IMG/VR virus record: IMGVR_UViG_3300017560_000302
Span: 1 to 35,285 of that record
Reading direction: 5' to 3' (one strand)
DNA from: a virus
Lineage: Duplodnaviria; Caudoviricetes
Length of the DNA stretch: 35,285 nucleotides
The translations under genes were made by a program, and so were the position numbers. Positions 25,232 to 33,230 of this stretch are shown here, in pieces (position 1 is the stretch's first letter; each line of letters opens with the position of its first letter). The notes beneath the pieces were generated by a model. That model was not told the DNA's origin, did no database searches, and was given only the letters and a program-made list of their open reading frames with translations.

Positions 25232-25371
25232 TGAGGTTGGATTTCGACCCGGCTGACAGTTGGGGTGGTTGGACATGGGAGATGGGTTGGGTCTCCCCTA
25301 CGGGGAGAGACCCCAAATCCAACCTCAACCATGCGGGTTGGATTAGGGGTTGGATTCCAACTAATCCAACC
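25232..25371. repeat. GGTTGG/CCAACC repeat cluster with nested inverted repeats; putative replication origin
   Basis: About 10 exact or near copies; 13-bp IR 25232-25244/25315-25327, 11-bp IR 25336-25346/25361-25371, hairpin 25289-25313; directly downstream of the primase-helicase. Confidence 0.65.
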
Positions 25372-25374
25372 ATA

Positions 25375-27399
25375 CTAATGGTTGTGTTCATGGGGCCTCC
25401 ACTCGTCTCGCGAGTCGTCTTTGGAGCGAAGTTTTTCGACCAATTTCTTGGTCACGAGGCGTCCAAGCGCGGCGTGCAGGGTGCCCTTGTTGGCGCCCGT
25501 GGCTGTCTCCAGCCAGACCAGACCGCGTGGTTCACCGGTTTTGGAGAGTGCTGACAGGATCGACTTTTCAACTTTCCCGAGCCTCTGCCCGGTGGCTTCG
25601 CCTTCCCCCTCTGGGGCGGACGCGGCCGGATCTTCGTCGAGATTGAGAATGAGCGTGGTCTGTTCGGTGCCGTTGGCGACGTAGCTGACTTTGGCGGTAC
25701 GGAGGTTGACGGTTTCGAACTCCTCTGAGTCCTTTTGCTTTCCCTGCGGTGACTTGTTGATGATCTGGAGCTTGTCGTCCTTACGTTCGACCTTGATGAC
25801 GGTATCGGCAGCGCCCCGGAGCACGTTGGACCCACGCTCCCGCTTGTCCTCGTGGACGCCGGAATGGTGGATGATCATGACGTGGGCGCCGGTGGCCTCG
25901 CGGAGGCGGTCGGCGGCGGTCACATAGGCGTTCATGTCCGCCTGCTTGTTTTCATCGCCAGCGCCGAATGTCCGGGCCAGCGTGTCGATGATGATCAGGC
26001 TCGGCCGGTCACCCAGGTTGAGGATCGCCGTGACCAGCGCATCGAGATCCGTTGAGGTCAGGGCGATAGCGTGGGGGACGATCTTGAAGGCCGGCTTGGG
26101 CAACCCCTTGCCCCTGCTCTGGCGCCAGCCCACAGCGCGCCTGGCGAGGCCGTAAGAGCCCTCGGCGGCGACATAGATGACCAGACCGGCTTTGGTGGCT
26201 TTGCCATGCCAGAGAGCACCTGTGCTGACGCAAAGGCCCATGTCGAGCGCAGCGAAGGATTTCATCGCGCCGGATCGGCCCCAGAGGATGGAGAGGCCGT
26301 TGTCGGTGATGACATCGTCGATCAGGAAGGATGGCGGCGGCAGGGCCTCCAGCTCGTCAATGTCGAGGATGCGGATGCGCGGCTTCGGTTCGGAGGCGAG
26401 AGGAACGGCTGCGGAAACGATAGCGTGGGCGTCAGAACCTTCCCCGACGCAGTCTGCCGCATCCCATTTGGCCGGTTTGCCGGCCGGAATATCGGCCAGC
26501 AGGACGCGGCAGCCGATTGCAGCGAGGTGCTCGGCCACGCGCCGGCCATAGGCGATACCAGGAGGGTCGTTATCCGGCCAGACGATCACGGTCTTTCCGT
26601 GAAGCACCGACCAGTCGGTTTTCTCGACCGGAGCCTCTGCGCCACCCATTGCGGTCGTGGCCTCGATCCCGACCGAGATCAGAGCGTCGGCGCACTTCTC
26701 ACCCTCTACCAGCACAACGGTGGAGGCCAGGCTGATTTCAGGGAGACGATAGAGCGGACGAAGCGTGGGCGCGCCCGGGAGCCATTTCGTCCGGCCTTCG
26801 ATCGTCTTGAAGCAGAACGGCCGGTAAGTCTTGCTGTCGGGAGTGCCGTCCGGCTCGTACCGGATCACCGAGGCGATCACGTTGCCGGCGGTGTCGTAAT
26901 ATTTCCACGTCGCAACGGGCGCGCCGAGATCAAGAAGATCCTGTCGGGGCTGGGTGCCCAGCGCCTGCTTCTTCTCCTCGATCTGCTCCCGAACAGTGCG
27001 CTGCCAGCTTGACGGCGCGACCGTGACCGGATCGCGGAAGTATTCGGCTGCAATCTCCTTCAGGGCGAGCTGGAAGTTCCGGCCGTTCTCGTAGCCGCGG
27101 AATAGCATGTAGAGAGAGATGAGGTCGCCGCCCTCGCCAGTAGCGTGGTCCCGCCACAGGCCGGCGTCCGGGCCGGAAAGCGCAATGGACAGAGACGCTC
27201 CGGGCTGGCCGGAAGTATCTCCAATCCGGGCTTCCCGTGCAGTGCAGAATGCCCGGCCTGAGAACAGCCAATCGATGAACCCTTTCGGGTCCGTGTGCAG
27301 GCGGGCCCGGATATCCTCGGCATCAACGACCGCGCGGCCTCGATGCTCGGCTTCGAGCTGCGACATGGTCTTCGCGGTGTTGAAATCGAGGACGGTCAT
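25375..27399 (-). CDS. Primase-helicase (TOPRIM plus RepA-like/AAA_25 helicase), 674 aa
   Basis: ATGA-coupled start 27399; VVLVEGEKCADAL and WPDND (TOPRIM); GRSGAMKS, YVAAEG, LIIIDTLAR, IIHHSG, RGSNVLRGAAD (helicase). Confidence 0.9.
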   Translation of the reverse strand: MTVLDFNTAKTMSQLEAEHRGRAVVDAEDIRARLHTDPKGFIDWLFSGRAFCTAREARIGDTSGQPGASLSIALSGPDAGLWRDHATGEGGDLISLYMLFRGYENGRNFQLALKEIAAEYFRDPVTVAPSSWQRTVREQIEEKKQALGTQPRQDLLDLGAPVATWKYYDTAGNVIASVIRYEPDGTPDSKTYRPFCFKTIEGRTKWLPGAPTLRPLYRLPEISLASTVVLVEGEKCADALISVGIEATTAMGGAEAPVEKTDWSVLHGKTVIVWPDNDPPGIAYGRRVAEHLAAIGCRVLLADIPAGKPAKWDAADCVGEGSDAHAIVSAAVPLASEPKPRIRILDIDELEALPPPSFLIDDVITDNGLSILWGRSGAMKSFAALDMGLCVSTGALWHGKATKAGLVIYVAAEGSYGLARRAVGWRQSRGKGLPKPAFKIVPHAIALTSTDLDALVTAILNLGDRPSLIIIDTLARTFGAGDENKQADMNAYVTAADRLREATGAHVMIIHHSGVHEDKRERGSNVLRGAADTVIKVERKDDKLQIINKSPQGKQKDSEEFETVNLRTAKVSYVANGTEQTTLILNLDEDPAASAPEGEGEATGQRLGKVEKSILSALSKTGEPRGLVWLETATGANKGTLHAALGRLVTKKLVEKLRSKDDSRDEWRPHEHNH

Positions 27400-27563
27400 G
27401 ATGCCATTCCCGGCTCGATGGGCGGGCAGTCGCAGAGCCACGCCATGTGAACGGACCAGTCGCCATGATGAGTGCCGCGCAAGCTGGGGAGCGGCAGCCA
27501 GCCCAAGCGCAGATAGTCCTCAGCCTGGTGGAAGCGGACAAAGCGGTGAATGGAGCCGATCAT
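27396..27563 (-). CDS. Phage hypothetical protein (55 aa)
   Basis: ATGA overlaps at both ends; MIGSIHRFVRFHQAEDYLRLGW...HHGDWSVHMAWLCDC. Confidence 0.65.
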   Translation of the reverse strand: MIGSIHRFVRFHQAEDYLRLGWLPLPSLRGTHHGDWSVHMAWLCDCPPIEPGMAS

Positions 27564-28226
27564 GACACCGCCCTGTCTCGGTAAAGCCATCGAACCTCCG
27601 GGGCGCCCTCGTAGCCGCGCAGCCAGACGAACCAGGCATAGTCGGTGGTGCCGTTGCCGGGTTTGCGGCCGGTCGCGATCACATGGCCGGGGAGGCATCG
27701 AGGGGCGCGGGCAGATGAACCAGACGCGATAGAGCGGCGTCGTCGCGAGCCAGCGCGAGCGCTTCTGGCCCTGTATCCATTTGGCCGGGAGCAGCATCGC
27801 CACCTTGCACTCGGTGATGCGGAGCGCCTTCTCGACAAACGCCTCTGCGACGCCGAAGGGAGGATTGCTGACGAGGTTCTCCGGCCGTGCCCAAACGCGG
27901 GAGTCCAGCGGCGGCCATTCGGGGTCAAGGAAATTGCCGACAGCGAGCGTCGGGCGCAGCCCTGCCACCTGCTGGCTTTCCAGCGCCGCCTCGTCCCAGC
28001 GCTGCACCACGTCGGTGCCCGCCGCGTTCAAGCCGGCGTTGGCGGCTAACAGGGGAATACTCCCCATTCCGCACGCCGGATCGATGACGTCGCCCTCGAA
28101 CTTCTCGACCTCGAACAACCGGGCGGAGCACCAGCGCGGTTCGACGTACCAGTCGTTCTTCTCGCGCTCCCAGAGATTGCTCTCGCGCTTGCGAAGCGGG
28201 CCGCGGAGAGTGCCAGGTATTGTCAT
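27560..28226 (-). pseudogene. DNA amino-(N6-adenine-type) methyltransferase with a 1-nt insertion near the 3' end
   Basis: DWYVEP, DPACGMG (motif I), NPPF (motif IV). The span is 667 nt (3n+1). Removing one base of the run at 27689-27692 restores RPSMPPGHVIATGRKPGNGTTDYAWFVW...* with ATGA coupling at both ends. Confidence 0.85.
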
Positions 28227-28957
28227 TGCGCTACCTCCCCTCCCCAGCACGATTCCCGATGCGGACAGAACCGGCACCGGAAGTCGGAGGGATCGGCAGC
28301 GACGCGCGGCAGGGTCTCTCCCGCCTCGTCGGCCGAGATCACCGTGACGGCGCGATCCGAAACAGCCTGGGCCCGCGCCGCGTCGAACGGGATGAGGAGA
28401 TGCAGGATCTCCATCGTGTCCATGTTGCAGGCCGTGAAGATCGCCGGATGCTCGGTCAGGCCGAAATATGCCTGGTAGAGGGCGACCTGATCGGCATAGC
28501 CGGGATAGGCTTTGGCCAGCCCGTCCTTGTCGAGTTTGGTCCAGCCTTTCGATCCCAGCCCTTTGCATTCCCAGAGGCAGGGGTATGCGACGCCTTCCAT
28601 GGTGGGGCCGGCGATGATCATGCCGTCACCGTGCCCCTTGAACCGGCCTCCAAGCTGGCTGAACGCGATCGCATCGCTGTTGCGGACGATCTTGAATGTC
28701 GCCTGCTGAAGCAGATCGACAGCGTAGGACTCCCACCAATGCCCGCGCTGGAAGATGCGGCGGGTCCTGGCCGGGAAGGAAGGTGGCCGACGCCAGTCCC
28801 ATTGGATTTTGCGCAGACAATCGTGCCCGAGCGCGGAGGCTCCGAGATAATCGCGCGGTTCATCGTTCATCGCCAGCGACTGTGCGAGGTCGATGGCAGC
28901 GTTGATGTGCTCGTTGGCCGCCTTGGCCTTATGAACGGTGCGATTGAAATCCAGCAT
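28223..28957 (-). CDS. Cas4-like / PD-(D/E)XK exonuclease
   Basis: YLGASALGHDC, GHGDG, WECK, YADQVALYQ and CRFCPHRESC (four-Cys cluster). Confidence 0.85.
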   Translation of the reverse strand: MLDFNRTVHKAKAANEHINAAIDLAQSLAMNDEPRDYLGASALGHDCLRKIQWDWRRPPSFPARTRRIFQRGHWWESYAVDLLQQATFKIVRNSDAIAFSQLGGRFKGHGDGMIIAGPTMEGVAYPCLWECKGLGSKGWTKLDKDGLAKAYPGYADQVALYQAYFGLTEHPAIFTACNMDTMEILHLLIPFDAARAQAVSDRAVTVISADEAGETLPRVAADPSDFRCRFCPHRESCWGGEVAQ

Positions 28958-28960
28958 CGC

Positions 28961-29440
28961 TCACCCCGCCATCAACAGGTCATCGCTGGGGTGGACCTCG
29001 TCAGCGACCAACGGCCCCGGGCGCTCATCGCGGGCCGTGCGTGCATCGTTGACCAACTCGGCAGCGGTCCAGACGAAAAGGAGGATTTCTTCTTTCGTCC
29101 ATTCACCGATCGGGCGATCCGTCATGTTCATCTTGGCCACGAAGTCGCCGAGGCCAGGCAGGATGGCAGCAACGACACCTAGCTGTACGGGCTCCGGCAC
29201 CTCACCCATCGCAAGGAAGGATTCCTCTTCCCAGAACCGCTCGGCTGTCAGCTGCTTGGACCGGGCAACGATCCAGCCCGACACCACGGCGGTGGTGAGT
29301 TTGTTCCATTCAAAATCGGACAGCGTCCCGAATTTGGAATTGGGGTTGAGATAGCCGTCACCCTGACCGAGCAACAACTTGCCGTAGGCAACTGCCTCGG
29401 CATAAGCCTCTGCACGTTCGTCGTTGGTGATGACGGCCAT
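28961..29440 (-). CDS. Phage hypothetical protein (159 aa)
   Basis: Start reassigned to MAVITNDER (ATG 29440); DRPIGEWTKEEILLF motif; fills the gap in the replication operon. Confidence 0.7.
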   Translation of the reverse strand: MAVITNDERAEAYAEAVAYGKLLLGQGDGYLNPNSKFGTLSDFEWNKLTTAVVSGWIVARSKQLTAERFWEEESFLAMGEVPEPVQLGVVAAILPGLGDFVAKMNMTDRPIGEWTKEEILLFVWTAAELVNDARTARDERPGPLVADEVHPSDDLLMAG

Positions 29441-29460
29441 CTCTTTTGTCTCCGCTTCGG

Positions 29461-30033
29461 TTACGCAGCCCAGGACGGCTTGGCGCCACCCGAAGGAGCT
29501 TTGGCCGCGGTGGAAGTTTTCGCCGGCGCAGCAGAGGCGGGACGACCCACCTGCTCCAGCTTCGCCCATTCCTTCCGGTCTGGCGTGATGACGGCTTTCA
29601 GGACGTTCTTGGCCTTGTATTCCCCCTTAGCCGGCTCAAGGCCGACCACTGCCCAGAACCGCAGACCGTCGAAGTCGCCGATGCCGGAGACGCGGCGGGC
29701 ATTCATGGCCTGTTCGGATTCGTCATCCGGCGTGATGCCACGCGCACTCTCGAGAATGGCTCGAAGCCGAGACCTTGTAATGTCGGCCGCGGTTTGCTGC
29801 CCCTCGGTTTCGCCTTCGGTGGTGAGAAGGGTCCAGAACTTGCGCCGGGCATAATTACCTTCGATGACCGTGAACTCGCAGTCGATCATCAGGCAGTTGC
29901 CCGCCTGATTGCGCTTGAGCCAACCGCCGTCACCAGCCCCGCCGGGTCGCACCACCATGTGCACGGGCACGATGGTGTTTTCGGGGATCAGTTCGCCGGT
30001 TGCGCGCTGCCTGTCTGCGTTGTTGAAGTCCAT
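29461..30033 (-). CDS. Putative single-stranded DNA-binding protein (DUF669-like)
   Basis: MDFNNA, DCEFTVIEGNYARRKFW, flexible Ala/Pro tail ending KPSWAA; follows the AAA ATPase. Confidence 0.7.
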   Translation of the reverse strand: MDFNNADRQRATGELIPENTIVPVHMVVRPGGAGDGGWLKRNQAGNCLMIDCEFTVIEGNYARRKFWTLLTTEGETEGQQTAADITRSRLRAILESARGITPDDESEQAMNARRVSGIGDFDGLRFWAVVGLEPAKGEYKAKNVLKAVITPDRKEWAKLEQVGRPASAAPAKTSTAAKAPSGGAKPSWAA

Positions 30034-30101
30034 GATACTTTCCTTTCGTGGCTTGTTTGACAGTGATGTGAACTAGCTTCGTACCTTGGTGCGCTGCTCG
30101 T

Positions 30102-30923
30102 TTACGCTGCTTCCTGAACCTGCTGGCGGTGCGATCCGATCTTGGCGAACAGCTCGCCAAGGTCCGGCTTCTCGTAGAGATCGAGCCGACCGGATCGATC
30201 CTTGGCGGGATAATTGAAGGGGTTGGGCTGCTGGCAGATCAGGGCGCGGACTGGCTCGGCCCCCTCCTCGAACACGACATGCTGCATCGTGATCACCTGA
30301 TCGACGATGCCGGGAAGTTCGCGGCCGGTCTTCGAACCTTCGATCTGCGGCTGCCATGTCCCGCGGTTGAACTCGTCGGTAACGTGCTCGAGGATGCCGA
30401 CGAACACGACATTCTTTTCGCGAGCATGTTGAAGCTGGGACAGCCAGCCGATCATTTCGCGGGCATGGAGACCATATGCGCCGCGAATATCGGGCTTGCC
30501 GGTCTTGTCTGACAGAGCCTCCGGTTGCTGGGTCGCCCAACGGAAGCAGAGCCGACCTGCAACGGTGATGGAGTCGATGAAATAGGTCTCGTATTTGGAC
30601 AGCGCCGCGGCATCGCCCATTTCCTTGGCGACGGTCTCATAGTGGGCGCTGCTGTAGGCCGCATCGGCAGGCAGCGCGGGATTGGGACCGCCCAGGAAGG
30701 CTGCCAGATCGCGACATTCCGTCCAGGTTTTGGGGCGGAGGGTGTCGGCCGGCACGTCCTGAACCGAAAGATCGCCGGCCTCAAGATCGACAAAGAGCGT
30801 GGTGGCAGGATCGAGTGTGCGGAGCAGCGAGGTCTTGCCGACGCCGGCCGGGCCGACAACGAGCGCCTTCACGCCGCGTGGCCCGGACATGCGCTGGTCT
30901 GCTGTAATGATCTTGAACGTCAT
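30102..30923 (-). CDS. AAA_24 / Sak4-like phage NTP-binding recombination protein
   Basis: GPAGVGKTS, FVDLEAG, YFIDSIT, ELPGIVD and AKDRSGRL. Confidence 0.85.
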   Translation of the reverse strand: MTFKIITADQRMSGPRGVKALVVGPAGVGKTSLLRTLDPATTLFVDLEAGDLSVQDVPADTLRPKTWTECRDLAAFLGGPNPALPADAAYSSAHYETVAKEMGDAAALSKYETYFIDSITVAGRLCFRWATQQPEALSDKTGKPDIRGAYGLHAREMIGWLSQLQHAREKNVVFVGILEHVTDEFNRGTWQPQIEGSKTGRELPGIVDQVITMQHVVFEEGAEPVRALICQQPNPFNYPAKDRSGRLDLYEKPDLGELFAKIGSHRQQVQEAA

Positions 30924-30927
30924 GAGC

Positions 30928-31398
30928 TTATTCTCCGTGGGGCTGGACTTGATGGGTTGTGGGTGCGACGGTGAACGGCAGCACGCCCCAATCTCCGAGG
31001 ATCTTCACGGCCTCCTCAAGCGAGTAGGCGATGGCCCAACGCGCGCCGAGCTGGAGCGCGTGATCGCGAAACCGGAGTTGATCGTCAGAGGGGCGGCCTT
31101 TGTCGGCCTTGAGTTCCAGGAAGCCCGCGCGCCCGCCCTTGAGAACAAAGGCAAGATCAGGCGCGCCGCGTTCGACACCCTCGGCGCGGAACTTCATCGC
31201 AGCTCGGATATGACGATAGCCGCCGTTTGGAACCGCGTAGAAAACGGCATCGAAGCCCGAGCGGCAGTGCTTTCGGATCAGGCGGACCAGCGCAACCTGA
31301 ATGGCACGCTCCGGTGATTTGCGCGGTTTGGCTGTCACGGTGCGCGGGGTACGCTTGCGCGGTCGGCGGATGTCGTCGGAGGGCGGGAAAAAGCTCAT
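30928..31398 (-). CDS. VRR-NUC domain nuclease (resolvase-like)
   Basis: ATGA-coupled start 31398; ERAIQ, YAVPNGG, GVERGAPDL, FLELK, SDDQ. Confidence 0.85.
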   Translation of the reverse strand: MSFFPPSDDIRRPRKRTPRTVTAKPRKSPERAIQVALVRLIRKHCRSGFDAVFYAVPNGGYRHIRAAMKFRAEGVERGAPDLAFVLKGGRAGFLELKADKGRPSDDQLRFRDHALQLGARWAIAYSLEEAVKILGDWGVLPFTVAPTTHQVQPHGE

Positions 31399-31913
31399 GC
31401 CCGCGCCCTCCATGAGACTGGCTTTCTGTCCGGCATCGGCCGCCAGCAGATCCGATGACAGTCCGGGCAATACGACGAGCCCGGCTGGACTTCCTTTCCG
31501 CAGAAGACATAGGGACTGTTGCCGATCGGATAGCGGCAGCTGGTGTCGTCGAGTTCGAGGAGATTGAGGCGCAGCGGCGCGACAGGCTCCGGAATGCTCG
31601 GGATCGGCGTGCCTTTGGGGATCGGCGCAGCCTTCGGCTTGCCAGTGATTGTAAGGATGGCCGGTGCTGCTTTCTTCGCCTTGTCGCGGTTGCGCCGCTG
31701 ATATTGGCCGCCGCCTTTATGATGAGGAAGGTTGATACCGGCAGCCCGCAACGCATGCAGGCGCAACCCATTGCGGTTGATCGCCCCACTGATCGCCGCG
31801 CGACTGACTTGGAGGTGCTCGGCAATCTCACCGGACGTCTTGCCGCTCAGCCACATCTGCTTGAGCGTGGCGAGCCGGTCAGCGGTCCAGAAGGGGTTGG
31901 GGCGGGAGGTCAT
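31395..31913 (-). CDS. gcrA: GcrA-family cell-cycle transcription regulator homologue
   Basis: N-terminal WTADRLATLKQMWLSGKTSGEIA..VSRAAISGAINRNGL HTH; C-terminal LLELDDTSCRYPIG..FCG..GSSYCPDC; ATGA-coupled start 31913. Confidence 0.88.
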   Translation of the reverse strand: MTSRPNPFWTADRLATLKQMWLSGKTSGEIAEHLQVSRAAISGAINRNGLRLHALRAAGINLPHHKGGGQYQRRNRDKAKKAAPAILTITGKPKAAPIPKGTPIPSIPEPVAPLRLNLLELDDTSCRYPIGNSPYVFCGKEVQPGSSYCPDCHRICWRPMPDRKPVSWRARA

Positions 31914-32002
31914 GGCTGTCCCCGACCGGCAAGGCACACTGCCAGCACCGCGGCGGACAGAACAAACGCAAGAAAACCGGAGGCGATGACGATGTGGATC
32001 AC
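31910..32002 (-). CDS. 30-aa single-pass membrane peptide
   Basis: GTGA/ATGA overlaps at both ends; MIHIVIASGFLAFVLSAAVLAVCLAGRGQP*. Confidence 0.55.
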   Translation of the reverse strand: MIHIVIASGFLAFVLSAAVLAVCLAGRGQP

Positions 32003-32175
32003 GACCGGCCCTCCCCGTCGCATCCGCGACGTTCGCAGGTCGCCGGATAGCGACAGCCCCGGCAGGGCCAAAAGCTTCCGCCGACCGTCGGGGAGGATCG
32101 ACAGTCGGCGGCGCCAGCGCTCACGGGATGGCGGTCAGTGAGCGGAGGGGGATTGGGGGGCGAGGCAACAGTCAT
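31999..32175 (-). CDS. 58-aa Cys-rich micro-protein
   Basis: ATGA overlap with cro and GTGA overlap with the next ORF; C-terminal WPCRGCRYPATCERRGC (CxxC-x5-C-x4-C). Confidence 0.55.
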   Translation of the reverse strand: MTVASPPNPPPLTDRHPVSAGAADCRSSPTVGGSFWPCRGCRYPATCERRGCDGEGRS

Positions 32176-32384
32176 GACGCCACCGCCGGGGCGGGAGAAA
32201 GCCCCTCGTAGAGGTCCGGGCGGAGAACGGTCCGGGATACCCCCGTCACTCGCTCAACCTCGATGACTCGCTCTGCCGGCACCTTTTCCCATTGGGAAAT
32301 CGCACCACGGGTGATGTTAAGCGCCCGCGCCAGTTGGGCGGCTGATCCGATAGCGCGAAGCGCCTCTGTGAGCCCTGTATCCAT
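32172..32384 (-). CDS. cro: Cro-like repressor (YdaS/Cro family)
   Basis: GSAAQLARALNITRGAISQWEKVPAERVIEVERVTGVSRTVLRPDLY; divergent from cI. Confidence 0.9.
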   Translation of the reverse strand: MDTGLTEALRAIGSAAQLARALNITRGAISQWEKVPAERVIEVERVTGVSRTVLRPDLYEGLSPAPAVAS

Positions 32385-32468
32385 GCTCAGTTTTACTAAG
32401 CGTTGTTAAGCATGATGTCAAGCTAAACTATCCTCGAGGCTCGCAACTGTGTTTAGTAAAACTATCCA
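32385..32468. promoter_or_regulatory. Lysis-lysogeny switch: divergent promoters and operators
   Basis: AT-rich; TTGACA on the minus strand (32416-32421); (T)AG-N5-CTA operator-like sites at 32388-32398, 32420-32430 and 32454-32464; 11-bp IR AGTTTTACTAA/TTAGTAAAACT. Confidence 0.75.
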
Positions 32469-33215
32469 ATGCTCAGGAAGCCAGCCGACACCGTACAGGC
32501 CCGGATCAAATCAGCCCGCGAAGAGCTCGGACTGTCACAGTCTGAACTGGCTAGGCGCATGGGAGTAACCCGAGGCGCCGTCGGGCTATGGGAGACAACT
32601 GGCCAGATCAGCAGCGAGAACATCCGCAAGCTCGCTATCGATCTGGGGGTCAACACAGAATGGCTGGAAACCGGCCGGGGCCGGCAGAGCATCGAAGAGC
32701 CCCGCCGTGTAACGCTTGACGAACTGGAGCGGAACGATGAGCCGTTCGATGAAACGTCAAAGCGGCCCTCCGGTATCTTAGAGATCGACGTCCGGGCGGG
32801 ATTGGGCGGCGGTGGCTATACGGCTGACTATGAGGTCCGCTTAGATGGCGACCATGCCGATCCTGTGAAGTCGGAAGGCTGGCAGTTCCCGACCCGTTTC
32901 ATGCGCGAGGAAGTTCGCGCTCCGGAGAACCGGATAATCATCCTGGAGACTGAAGGCGACAGCATGACGCCAACGATCCTGTCGGGAGATCGGGTGATCG
33001 TTGACACCGGACACCGCATTCCCTCCCCCGACGGCATCTATGCCCTGCGTGATCGCTATGGAGCGATCATCGTCAAACGCCTCCAGGTACTCCGGAAGGG
33101 CGAGCCGCCGCAGATTCGCATTATCTCGGACAACAAATCACACGATCCTGAGGATGTCGGCGCCGACGAAATTCAGATCGTGGGGAGAGTGTTGTGGGTG
33201 CTGAAGCGGCTCTAG
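32469..33215 (+). CDS. cI: CI-like repressor (XRE HTH plus S24 autopeptidase)
   Basis: RIKSAREELGLSQSELARRMGVTRGAVGLWE; AG cleavage site (VRAGLG); GDSMTP and IVKRL catalytic Ser/Lys. Confidence 0.95.
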   Translation: MLRKPADTVQARIKSAREELGLSQSELARRMGVTRGAVGLWETTGQISSENIRKLAIDLGVNTEWLETGRGRQSIEEPRRVTLDELERNDEPFDETSKRPSGILEIDVRAGLGGGGYTADYEVRLDGDHADPVKSEGWQFPTRFMREEVRAPENRIIILETEGDSMTPTILSGDRVIVDTGHRIPSPDGIYALRDRYGAIIVKRLQVLRKGEPPQIRIISDNKSHDPEDVGADEIQIVGRVLWVLKRL

Positions 33216-33230
33216 CCTACCAAGGGAGCC

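Noticed and set aside
25203-25391. 62-aa ORF over the repeat cluster
   Set aside because: The translation mirrors the DNA repeats (IQP/QP units). It is better explained as a cis element, although its stop does overlap the next ATG.
21706-27399. Inteins or introns in terminase or primase-helicase
   Set aside because: Both proteins have ordinary lengths and continuous motifs with no splice-junction signatures.
27396-28568. 390-aa ORF as a single gene
   Set aside because: It is a composite of an off-frame overlap with the Cas4-like gene, the MTase (true start 28226), and frameshift read-through into the 55-aa ORF.
28223-28957. Cas4-like gene as evidence of CRISPR-Cas
   Set aside because: There is no repeat-spacer array or other cas gene. 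Solo Cas4-like nucleases are standard in AAA/SSB phage recombination modules.
1399-31317. Many long plus-strand ORFs (for example 1973-3022, 6866-7906, 9818-10903, 17332-18345, 26071-27012, 28220-29182)
   Set aside because: They are antisense shadows of high-GC minus-strand phage genes, with Arg/Gly/His-rich low-information translations and no motifs.
32396-32409. CtrA box in the immunity region (CTAA-GCGTTG-TTAA)
   Set aside because: The spacer is 6 rather than 7 nt and the first half-site is mismatched relative to TTAA-N7-TTAA.
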